From Clostridia bacterium (GTDB taxonomy: Bacteria > Bacillota > Clostridia > Oscillospirales > UBA644), in NCBI GenBank assembly GCA_017441125.1, contig JAFSAH010000028.1, positions 1 to 55,880 on the forward strand: 55,880 nt of DNA. Direction: 5' to 3'. The position numbers were made by a program, and so were the translations under genes. Within the stretch, counting starts at the first letter, position 1; every line of letters begins with the position of its first letter. Shown piece by piece: positions 1 through 8,359 of this stretch. Under the pieces are notes generated by a model. That model saw only the letters and a list, made by a program, of their open reading frames with translations. It made no database searches and was not told where the DNA came from.

Positions 1-1
1 A

Positions 2-1612
2 AAGCTATATAAAAAAGCGCCCCTTATGATTGCGGAACAGATTGCTGAAATTCTCCGTCAGGACAGCGAATTCAAAGCAGTTGATGCGGTTCGCCCCGGA
101 TTTATAAATATAACTCTTACAGATGAGTTTCTCACAAAGGCGGCAAATGAAATTCTCGCAGACGAAAATCTCGGAATCCCCAAGCCCGGAATCGGCGAAA
201 CAATGGTCGTTGACTATGGCGGCGCAAACGTTGCAAAGCCTCTCCATATAGGTCATTTAAGAGCCGCAATTATCGGTGAATCACTTAAAAGAATTGCTCG
301 TACTTTGGGTTACAACGTTGTGGGGGACGTTCATATGGGTGACTGGGGTCTCCAGATCGGTCTTGTAATAGCAGAACTCAATGAAAGACACCCCGAATGG
401 TGCTGTTTCAGAGAGGATTTCGATCCCGAAACAGAAAATGTTCCCGAAATCAACGTTGACGATCTTAATGAGATTTATCCTTTTGCAAGTAAAAAGAGTA
501 AGGATAATGAAGTTTTTGCCGAAAAAGCACATAAGATAACAGCAGAACTCCAAAAGGGAAAGCCCGGTTACATTGCAGTCTGGAAAGAAATAATGAGAGT
601 TTCCATTGCGGACCTCAAATTGAACTACGGCAGACTCAACGTCGATTTTGATCTCTGGTACGGAGAAAGCGACGCTGAACAATACGTTGACGAATTGGTT
701 CAGGGTCTTAAAGATAAAGGTCTGCTCAGAGAAAGTGAAGGAGCGCAGGTCGTTGACGTTGCCGAAGAAGGCGACAAGATTGAAATTCCTCCCGTTATAA
801 TCAAGAAATCCGACAACTCAAATATTTACGCTACAACAGACCTTGCAACGATAATTCAAAGAGAAAAAGACTTCCACCCCTCCAAGATCTGGTACGTGGT
901 TGATAAAAGACAGTCCCTTCACTTTACGCAGGTATTCCGTTGCGCGAAAAAAGGCGGTATAGTTCCCGAAACGACAGAGCTTGAGCATCTCGGCTTCGGA
1001 ACGATGAACGGAAGCGACGGCAAGCCCTACAAAACAAGAGACGGCGGCGTTATGAGACTTTCCGATCTTCTCACAACGGTAACCGAAGCGGCTGAATCAA
1101 AAATGAAGGAATCCGAATTCGTTTCAGCAGAGGAACGCAAGGCTACTGCCGAAAAAGTAGGTATTGCTGCCGTTAAATTCGGCGACCTTATAAACCACAG
1201 AACAAAGGACTACATCTTCGATATGGATAAATTTCTTTCATTTGAAGGTAAAACAGGCACGTATCTCCTTTACACCGTAACGAGAATCAACTCTGTTCTC
1301 AAGAAGACAGAAGGCTCAAATGCAAAAGAAATTTCAGGCATTTATTCCGACACGGAAAGAGAGCTTATTCTTAACATCATTCTCAGCGGAGAGGCATTCA
1401 TGCGTTCATTCAACGAAAAAGCCCCCAACTATGTTTGCGATAACGCATACAAATTGGCGTCTCTCTTCTCGGGATTCTATCATGATAACCATATTATAAA
1501 TGAAGAAAACGCAACAAAGAAAGAATCATGGATAACTCTTTGCGAGCTCACAAGAAAAATGCTTCTCAAGCACTTTGATGTATTGGCTATAGAGCCTGTC
1601 GAATCAATGTAA
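2..1612 (+). CDS. argS: Arginyl-tRNA synthetase, 5'-partial (frame is open to the window edge; the N-terminal domain lies upstream)
   Basis: Class I HIGH motif 'PLHIGHLRAAIIG' sits only about 75 aa into the ORF, whereas it is normally more than 110 aa in. A DALR-type anticodon-binding C-terminus ends in '...ESM'. There is no stop between nt 2 and the first ATG at 26. Confidence 0.93.
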   Translation, partial: KLYKKAPLMIAEQIAEILRQDSEFKAVDAVRPGFINITLTDEFLTKAANEILADENLGIPKPGIGETMVVDYGGANVAKPLHIGHLRAAIIGESLKRIARTLGYNVVGDVHMGDWGLQIGLVIAELNERHPEWCCFREDFDPETENVPEINVDDLNEIYPFASKKSKDNEVFAEKAHKITAELQKGKPGYIAVWKEIMRVSIADLKLNYGRLNVDFDLWYGESDAEQYVDELVQGLKDKGLLRESEGAQVVDVAEEGDKIEIPPVIIKKSDNSNIYATTDLATIIQREKDFHPSKIWYVVDKRQSLHFTQVFRCAKKGGIVPETTELEHLGFGTMNGSDGKPYKTRDGGVMRLSDLLTTVTEAAESKMKESEFVSAEERKATAEKVGIAAVKFGDLINHRTKDYIFDMDKFLSFEGKTGTYLLYTVTRINSVLKKTEGSNAKEISGIYSDTERELILNIILSGEAFMRSFNEKAPNYVCDNAYKLASLFSGFYHDNHIINEENATKKESWITLCELTRKMLLKHFDVLAIEPVESM

Positions 1613-1636
1613 TTTCCGAAAGGACAGTAATCTGAT

Positions 1637-2512
1637 ATGTACGACAGAAAACCAAAAAAGAAATCAATTAACGGTCAATCCGTAAGAAAAAACGACAGAC
1701 CTATAAAAGTTAATAAAAGAATCCACACGGAAATAAGCAGTGATTACAGCGAAAATGCGGTCTTTGGCAGAAATCCCGTAATGGAGCTGCTCCGTTCAGA
1801 AAGAACCGTTGATAAGCTTTTCGTTCTCAAGGGCGACAGAGAAGGCTCCGTTACGAAAATAATCGCAATGGCAAAGGAAAAACACATCGTCGTTGTGGAA
1901 GCGGAAAAAGCAAAGCTTGACAAGATGTCGGGAAACGGAAATCATCAGGGTGTTTTGGCTCTTACAACAGAGTTTGAATACTGCGAGGTGGAAGATATTC
2001 TTGCAAACGCTGCGGAAAAAGGTGAACAGCCTCTTATTCTTATTATTGACGGAATCAACGACCCCGGAAATCTCGGCGCAATAATAAGAACTGCAAACGC
2101 TTCGGGGGTTCACGGAATAATACTTCCCAAGAGAGGCTCTTGCGGCATGACCTCCGCCGTGTTCAAATCAGCGGCAGGGGCTTGCGAATACGTTAAAATT
2201 GCAAGAGTTACAAATATCAACGATACGATAAAAATGCTTCAGGATAACGGAGTTTGGATATACGGTACAGACGGAAGCGGCTCCGACGAGCTTTATTCTA
2301 CAGACCTTACGGGTTCTGCGGCAATAGTTCTCGGTGATGAAGGCAAAGGAATTTCCCGTCTCACAAGAGAAAACTGCGATTATCTCATGAGAATACCCAT
2401 GAAGGGTGAAATAACTTCTTTAAATATCTCTGTGGCAGGGGCTCTCGCAATGTACGAGGTCTTAAGACAAAGAAACATCAAGGACTCAATGTCCGGAGGC
2501 TTTGACAAGTAA
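1637..2512 (+). CDS. rlmB: 23S rRNA (guanosine-2'-O)-methyltransferase, SpoU/TrmH family (RlmB-like)
   Basis: Basic N-terminal tail, then 'VFGRNPVMELL' and the SpoU motifs 'LIIDGINDPGNLGAIIRTA', 'AIVLGDEGKGIS' and 'IPMKGEITSLNISVAGA'. Confidence 0.9.
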   Translation: MYDRKPKKKSINGQSVRKNDRPIKVNKRIHTEISSDYSENAVFGRNPVMELLRSERTVDKLFVLKGDREGSVTKIIAMAKEKHIVVVEAEKAKLDKMSGNGNHQGVLALTTEFEYCEVEDILANAAEKGEQPLILIIDGINDPGNLGAIIRTANASGVHGIILPKRGSCGMTSAVFKSAAGACEYVKIARVTNINDTIKMLQDNGVWIYGTDGSGSDELYSTDLTGSAAIVLGDEGKGISRLTRENCDYLMRIPMKGEITSLNISVAGALAMYEVLRQRNIKDSMSGGFDK

Positions 2513-4152
2513 TGAATGAAGAAATATTCAACGAGCAGTATGTAGCGGCATTGTCTGTGAGAGATTCAATAAGCGTTAAGACAATAACCGCAGGAATAGC
2601 GGCAGGAGTGCTTTTAATTCTCTCTCTGTTCTCTCTGCCATCAATAGTATGCGGCATCACGGGACTCGTTTTTTCGGTAATACTTTTCATTGTATGTCTC
2701 AATGAATTTTCAGACGGAATAGTTTCAATTTTCAAACTTCAACCGTCAAACGACAGTCTTAATTCCCTGGCAGTTGTTGCAGCCGCAGTGCACAGCCTTT
2801 ATCAAATATTTGATAAAACCCAATCAGCCCCCACAGTATCCTGGGTGATCTTCGTTTCCGTAAGCTGTTCAATGCTTATGAAGCTGCTCTATGTAAATGA
2901 AGTAATCACAAACCTCAACATAATCAAAAAGAACGATATGTATGAAGTAAGCGCGGAAAGAATAAGCCTTACAAAGAGATACGTTGAGCAGGTTTGTATG
3001 GTAAACCCAGTTATCACTTTCCCCAATGTTATGGATACCTCCTATGACGGAGACCCTTCGGAATCAAAGAGCAAATATTTCGTACCGATCGCCGCAGGTA
3101 TTGCTTTATTAATATCTCTTATAATGATATTCGTAGGCGGCGCGAGAACATTTACACTTGCGCTTGCGGCAATGTTTGCAATTGCGGCGTCCTTTACAAG
3201 TGAGTCTTCTTTTGTATTGCCGTATATAACGACGCAAAAACGGTTGAGAAAATTAGGAAGCGTGCTTTTGGGCTACCACTCCATATCTTCACTTAAAGAT
3301 ATAGAAACTCTTGTGGTAACAGACACAGAGCTTTTCCCAACCAAGAGAGTTCATATAGACAAGTTCAAATTCAAAAATAAGATCTATATGACAGAAGCCA
3401 TTGAATATACCGCAGCTCTTCTTATAAAATCAAGATCCCCCTTAAGAAAAGCATTTTTAAAGACAGTTTCATGTCCGGTCAAGCGTCTGCCCAAGGTTCA
3501 GGAATGGCGTTACATGAAAAATTACGGAATCTCAGCCAGGATCTATGATGACGAAGTACTTTTCGGAAACAGAAATCTGCTTTTGTCTTACGACATCTCT
3601 CCCCTTCCCCAAGAAACGGAAGCGGCAATGGTAACGAAAAACAAGAATTTGCTTTACCTTGCAATTAACGGAGAAATCGCGGCGTACATACTCTTTACCT
3701 ACAATTACGACCCCGCCATGAAACGCGCGGCTGAAAATGTGGGTGAGGAATTCAATATTATCGTTGAAACCAAGGACTGTTCTATTACAGAAACCATGGT
3801 TCATAAAAAATACGATCTGCAAAACACAAAAATCATCGTTCCCGATGAAGATGAGGTAAGGCTGATTGCGGCTATAAGAAACAGCATTGCCGAAGGTAAC
3901 AATTTGCCCGTAATGATAACAACAAAAAATGCAATAGGAATTTTGTCTTCCGTAAAGCAGGCTAAAAACCTTATGCATATAATTGACCTCAGTATACTGA
4001 CAAAACAGGCAAGCGTGGGTCTGGGCATGGTTCTTACCGCTATTGCGTTATTCTTTGCCCCCGCTTACGTAACGGGTCTTTGGCTGTTCCTTTTTAATCT
4101 CATTTGGACCGTCCCCGTTGTATTCCTTGCATTATTCGGGAATAAAAAATAA
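2512..4152 (+). CDS. Polytopic membrane protein with P-type (P1B-like) ATPase architecture but degenerate catalytic motifs
   Basis: Multiple hydrophobic helices at both ends. The central soluble region aligns by eye to the P and N domains: 'IETLVVTDTELFPT' against DKTGTLT, 'SRSPLRKAF' against SEHPLa, and 'IIVETKDCS' against TGDN. The ATG overlaps the rlmB stop (TAATG). Confidence 0.6.
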   Translation: MNEEIFNEQYVAALSVRDSISVKTITAGIAAGVLLILSLFSLPSIVCGITGLVFSVILFIVCLNEFSDGIVSIFKLQPSNDSLNSLAVVAAAVHSLYQIFDKTQSAPTVSWVIFVSVSCSMLMKLLYVNEVITNLNIIKKNDMYEVSAERISLTKRYVEQVCMVNPVITFPNVMDTSYDGDPSESKSKYFVPIAAGIALLISLIMIFVGGARTFTLALAAMFAIAASFTSESSFVLPYITTQKRLRKLGSVLLGYHSISSLKDIETLVVTDTELFPTKRVHIDKFKFKNKIYMTEAIEYTAALLIKSRSPLRKAFLKTVSCPVKRLPKVQEWRYMKNYGISARIYDDEVLFGNRNLLLSYDISPLPQETEAAMVTKNKNLLYLAINGEIAAYILFTYNYDPAMKRAAENVGEEFNIIVETKDCSITETMVHKKYDLQNTKIIVPDEDEVRLIAAIRNSIAEGNNLPVMITTKNAIGILSSVKQAKNLMHIIDLSILTKQASVGLGMVLTAIALFFAPAYVTGLWLFLFNLIWTVPVVFLALFGNKK

Positions 4153-4211
4153 TAAATAAGTTATTAATAAAATTAATCTAATATGAATTATAATTTGGAG
4201 GATATTATTTT

Positions 4212-4943
4212 ATGTCTGGTCATTCAAAATGGAAAAATATTATGCACAAAAAAGAGAAGTCTGATGCTCAAAAAGCAAGTATCTTCACAAAAATCGGCAG
4301 AGAGATCACTCAGGCTGTAAAGGAAGGCGGTCCCGATCCCGCTTCCAACTCAAAGCTTAAGGATATCATTGCTAAAGCAAAGACAAACAATGTGCCCAAT
4401 GATAACATCGAAAGAGTTATTAAAAAAGCCGCAGGCGACGGTGACAACACACAGTACGAAGAAATCACATACGAAGGATACGGTCCCGCAGGTATCGCCG
4501 TTATCGTAGAAACACTTACAGATAACAGAAACAGAACTGCAGGAGATCTCCGTCACTATTTTGATAAATACGGCGGCAATCTCGGTCAAACGGGTTCAGT
4601 TAACTGGATGTTCTCCAAAAAAGGCGTTATCGTAATTTCCAAAGAAGAATATGACGATGAAGAAAAGCTTATGGAAGAGCTTATGGAGGTTGAAGCGGAA
4701 GACTTTGTAATCGAAGAAAACGTTTACGAAATATATACCGCTCCCGAAAATTTCTCTTCAGTAAGAGAATATCTTGAAGGCAAAGGCTACGAATTCCTTT
4801 CCGCAGAGGTTGAACAGGTTCCCTCTAACTACATCACTCTTACAAACGAAGATCAAATCAAAAACATGAATAAGCTTTTGGAAGTATTGGAAGACAATGA
4901 TGACGTTCAGAATACTTACCACAACTGGAACGACGAAGAATAA
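4212..4943 (+). CDS. yebC: YebC/PmpR family DNA-binding transcriptional regulator
   Basis: Family-typical N-terminus 'MSGHSKWKNIMHKKEKSDAQKASIFTKIGREI'. A GGAGG ribosome-binding site lies 9 nt upstream. Confidence 0.93.
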   Translation: MSGHSKWKNIMHKKEKSDAQKASIFTKIGREITQAVKEGGPDPASNSKLKDIIAKAKTNNVPNDNIERVIKKAAGDGDNTQYEEITYEGYGPAGIAVIVETLTDNRNRTAGDLRHYFDKYGGNLGQTGSVNWMFSKKGVIVISKEEYDDEEKLMEELMEVEAEDFVIEENVYEIYTAPENFSSVREYLEGKGYEFLSAEVEQVPSNYITLTNEDQIKNMNKLLEVLEDNDDVQNTYHNWNDEE

Positions 4944-4970
4944 GCGGTCCGGAATTGAAAGGAACAGTAA

Positions 4971-5306
4971 ATGAATTTGAATTTCGGCGAAATGCTGTTA
5001 TCGGAACGAACCAAGAGAGGTCTCAGCCTCCGCGCGGCAAGTGCAATAATAGGTATAAGCCACACATACCTTTCGGAATTGGAAAGCGGACATGACCCAA
5101 GAACAGGTCAAAAGCCGCTTCCGTCCTCGGACGTTATCTATAAGATCTGCAAGGCTTATGAAATCGACTCCTCTGTATCGTCTTCATTTCTCGGTTATAA
5201 AGATGAAGACGCCATGTTTCTTTATATGGCAAACTGTCTTCGTAAAATGAAAAACGATAATCCAGCAAAATACCGTCAATTTCTGGAAATAATAAAAGAG
5301 GACTGA
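4971..5306 (+). CDS. XRE-family helix-turn-helix protein
   Basis: HTH_3-like 'LSERTKRGLSLRAASAIIGISHTYLSELESG'. Confidence 0.7.
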   Translation: MNLNFGEMLLSERTKRGLSLRAASAIIGISHTYLSELESGHDPRTGQKPLPSSDVIYKICKAYEIDSSVSSSFLGYKDEDAMFLYMANCLRKMKNDNPAKYRQFLEIIKED

Positions 5307-5310
5307 TTCT

Positions 5311-5874
5311 GTGGCTAAAGAAATTATTTTGGCTTCCGCTTCTCCGAGAAGAAAAGAATTATTGGAACAAATCGGAATAGAGTTCAGAATAGTTCCCTCC
5401 AATGCGGAAGAGAATATTGAAATTAAAGATCCCGTAGAGCTCGTTTCGGAGCTTTCAAGGCTTAAAGCAGATGATGTGTGGCAAAACAACAAAGAGAACT
5501 GCATCATAGCCGCAGACACTATAGTTTTTGCCCAAGGAGAAATCTTGGGTAAGCCGTCAAACAGAACCGACGGAGAAAAAATGCTGAAAATGCTTTCGGG
5601 AAATAAACACACGGTATACACCGGAGTTACGGTTCAGGATAAAAACGGAGCCGTTACCAGAGTATCAGCAACAGACGTATATTTCAAAGTGCTTTCTCAA
5701 AAAGCGATAGACGAATATCTTAACAAAAATGAATATACGGACAAAGCAGGCGCATACGGAATTCAAGGGTATGCGGCAAGATTTGTAGAAAAAATATGCG
5801 GATGCTATTCCAATGTGGTAGGACTTCCGCTCTCCCTGTTGGACGATATGCTATCGGAAAAAGGAATAATATGA
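5311..5874 (+). CDS. maf: Maf-like nucleoside triphosphate pyrophosphatase (septum formation protein)
   Basis: 'ILASASPRRKELLEQIGIEF', 'ADTIV' and 'KAGAYGIQG'. GTG start preceded by AAGAGGA. Confidence 0.9.
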   Translation: MAKEIILASASPRRKELLEQIGIEFRIVPSNAEENIEIKDPVELVSELSRLKADDVWQNNKENCIIAADTIVFAQGEILGKPSNRTDGEKMLKMLSGNKHTVYTGVTVQDKNGAVTRVSATDVYFKVLSQKAIDEYLNKNEYTDKAGAYGIQGYAARFVEKICGCYSNVVGLPLSLLDDMLSEKGII

Positions 5875-5910
5875 TTTTATGCCGCCACAGCGCGGCGGAT
5901 TGGAGTTATT

Positions 5911-6906
5911 ATGGGTGCAAATGATTTAGGAATAGACCTTGGCACCGTCAACACAGTTATATACAACAAAAACAGAGGGGTTGTTCTGAATGAGCCCTCT
6001 GCCATTGCCGTTGAAAGTTTCTCCGATAAAATAATGGCTGTGGGAAGAGAAGCCAAAATGATGTTGGGAAGAACTCCCGATACGGTTTCTGCCGTTAGAC
6101 CTTTGGAGAACGGAGTTATAGCAGACTTTGAAAAAACCACTCTCATGTTAAAGGAATACGTCCGTTCCACAAAAAAAAGCTGGGGCTCAATTACCGCTGT
6201 TGTAACTGTTCCTTATAAGGCAACGCCCGTTGAAAGAAGAGCCGTTGAGGATGCCGTTATTTCCGCAAAAGTAAAAAAGGCAATTTTGATAGAAAAGCCT
6301 TTGGCTGCGGCTATCGGTTGCGGATTGCCCATATTTGAACCGAAAGGACATATGATCGTAGATATCGGTGGCGGAAACACCGAAATTGCCGTTATTTCTT
6401 TGGGCGGTGTCGTAGCCCAGACGACACTTGACGATGCAGGGTTGACAATGGACAGTAATATTATCTCATTTATACGCAAAACGTACAACATACTTATCGG
6501 AGATCAGGTTGCGGAAGATTTAAAAATAAATTTAGGCTCCGTTACAGACAAAGAAGTTATGGACTTTATGACAGTCAGCGGTCGTGATCTTGTTGAGGGT
6601 CTGCCCTTAAGCGTTTCAGTTTCTTCGGACGACGTTCGCGAAGCGATCATGGAGACAGTATATAATATCATAGACGGCATTAAAATGACTTTGGAAAAGA
6701 TCGATCCTGAGCTTGCATCTGATATTATCGAAAACGGAATAGTTATGGTAGGAGGAGGCTCCATGCTTGACGGTTGGAGCGAACTCATATTTAAAGAAAC
6801 GGGTCTGACAGCAGAGCTTGCGGCAAATCCCCTGGAAAGCGTGGCTGTAGGCGCAGGAAGGGCTCTTGAGCTTCTTGGAGATCTGAAAAGAGCCGCAACG
6901 GTATAA
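5911..6906 (+). CDS. mreB: Rod shape-determining actin homologue MreB
   Basis: 'LGIDLGTVNTVIY', 'VDIGGGNTEIAVISLGG' and 'IVMVGGGSML'. Confidence 0.95.
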   Translation: MGANDLGIDLGTVNTVIYNKNRGVVLNEPSAIAVESFSDKIMAVGREAKMMLGRTPDTVSAVRPLENGVIADFEKTTLMLKEYVRSTKKSWGSITAVVTVPYKATPVERRAVEDAVISAKVKKAILIEKPLAAAIGCGLPIFEPKGHMIVDIGGGNTEIAVISLGGVVAQTTLDDAGLTMDSNIISFIRKTYNILIGDQVAEDLKINLGSVTDKEVMDFMTVSGRDLVEGLPLSVSVSSDDVREAIMETVYNIIDGIKMTLEKIDPELASDIIENGIVMVGGGSMLDGWSELIFKETGLTAELAANPLESVAVGAGRALELLGDLKRAATV

Positions 6907-6969
6907 ATAAAATAATTACTCAAAGATAAAAAAGAGTATCATGGCGGTATGAAAGGAGGTTCTTCCGCA

Positions 6970-7812
6970 ATGAATAATTTTTTCAGAAGCAGATTTTTTA
7001 TAGCTTTGATAATAATAACCTGCTTTCTTGCAGGCTTTATGCTAAACGTTGCTATTGACGGCGGAAGAATGCCTCACAGAACGCTTGTAGGTATAATCAC
7101 CTCACCCATAACAACGGCAGTAACAAACATAAAAAACAGCACAGCCACATTTTTTGCGGCTTATACAAACTACAAAGAGCTTTTGGCGGAAAACGAAATG
7201 CTCAAGGAAGAGAATTCCAATTTGAAAAAACGTCTTGAAAATTCATATACTCTTGAAGTAGAGATCGACCGTTTGAAACAATTAACGAACGTATTAAAAG
7301 ATACGGAGGAATTAAAGCTTATTGAAGCGCAAGTCGTTTCCGTTTCAACAGACGGTTGGATTTCAAGCTTTTCAATAAATAAAGGCTCCTTATCCGGAAT
7401 TAAAGAAAAAGACGTAGTTATCGCATCTTCGGGACTTGTGGGAAAGGTACGTGAGGTTGGTCCGAACTGGGCAACCGTAGTAACCTTTACCGACCCTCAG
7501 ATCGCGGTAGGAGCAAAAATAACAAGAACGGAAGATACCGCAATGACGGAAGGAACCGTCGATCTTAAAGCAAAAGGTCTTTGTAAATTATCGTACCTGA
7601 ATAAAAACTCATCTGCCATTCGCGGAGATATTGTTGAAACCTCAGGTCTCGGCGGTCTTTATCCCGCAGGAATAATAATCGGGACGATCAAGGATATAAA
7701 CGTTGACGATAACGGTCTTACAAAATATGCAGTAATTCAACCTGCAGTAGATTTTACAACCCTGAAAAAAGTATATGTTTCCATAAATTATGCAGGCGAA
7801 GAGGCTGAATAA
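6970..7812 (+). CDS. mreC: Rod shape-determining protein MreC
   Basis: N-terminal TM helix, coiled coil ('ELLAENEMLKEENSNLKKRLE') and a beta-barrel region 'VIASSGLVGKVREV'. I prefer the ATG at 6970, directly after a GGAGG site, over the track start at 6949. Confidence 0.88.
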   Translation: MNNFFRSRFFIALIIITCFLAGFMLNVAIDGGRMPHRTLVGIITSPITTAVTNIKNSTATFFAAYTNYKELLAENEMLKEENSNLKKRLENSYTLEVEIDRLKQLTNVLKDTEELKLIEAQVVSVSTDGWISSFSINKGSLSGIKEKDVVIASSGLVGKVREVGPNWATVVTFTDPQIAVGAKITRTEDTAMTEGTVDLKAKGLCKLSYLNKNSSAIRGDIVETSGLGGLYPAGIIIGTIKDINVDDNGLTKYAVIQPAVDFTTLKKVYVSINYAGEEAE

Positions 7813-7843
7813 CCTATAAACTATTTTGAAAGGAAGAATCTTG

Positions 7844-8359
7844 ATGACTAAAAAAATCTTTTTATACTCTTTAGGATTTCTTCTTCTTTTTTTTATTGAA
7901 GCGGTCTTTCGTCCGATTTCCGTATTTGGAGTTTCCCCAATGTACGTTCTCTGTGGAGTTTCTGCAATGGGAATTCTTGAAAAGGAAAAATTCGGAGCGA
8001 TTTTCGGTCTTATATTCGGACTTCTTTGCGATTTCACCGGAGGTTCTCTTTTTGGTTCACAAGCCCTGGTCTTTATGATAACGGGCTTTATTGCAGGAAC
8101 TCTCTCTGAAATAACTTTATCTAAAAGCTTTTTCAGCACACTTGTAATAACAGCATCTTCAATTATAGTCTTCGGCGGATTGAAATCTCTTTTTTATATA
8201 GTCCTCAATGAAGAGGAACCACTATCAGTACTCCTTTATATAATGTTGCCTAAATTTTTACTGACACTCCCCTTTTCTGTTTTAATATATTTCATGCTGA
8301 AATTTCTCCAAAAAATCTCAGCGCCTAACCGAGAAAGGAAAAAAAGAAAAAAATGGTAA
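7844..8359 (+). CDS. mreD: Rod shape-determining protein MreD
   Basis: Small polytopic membrane protein immediately after mreC. I prefer the ATG at 7844, preceded by GAAAGGAAG, over the TTG at 7826. Confidence 0.8.
   Translation: MTKKIFLYSLGFLLLFFIEAVFRPISVFGVSPMYVLCGVSAMGILEKEKFGAIFGLIFGLLCDFTGGSLFGSQALVFMITGFIAGTLSEITLSKSFFSTLVITASSIIVFGGLKSLFYIVLNEEEPLSVLLYIMLPKFLLTLPFSVLIYFMLKFLQKISAPNRERKKRKKW

Noticed and set aside
5877-6923. Minus-strand ORFs at 5877-6170, 6213-6491 and 6504-6923, opposite mreB.
   Set aside because: They are antisense shadows of the highly conserved mreB gene. Their translations are Ser/Pro/Ala/Thr-rich and without motifs.
6949-6969. Longer N-termini given by the track for mreC (6949), mreD (7826, TTG), the mgsA-like gene (11223), the GNAT (21730), serA (40911) and rpe (36455).
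   Set aside because: In each case an internal ATG lies at optimal distance from a Shine-Dalgarno-like sequence, matches the conserved family N-terminus, and/or removes overlap with the upstream gene. The longer forms cannot be strictly excluded.
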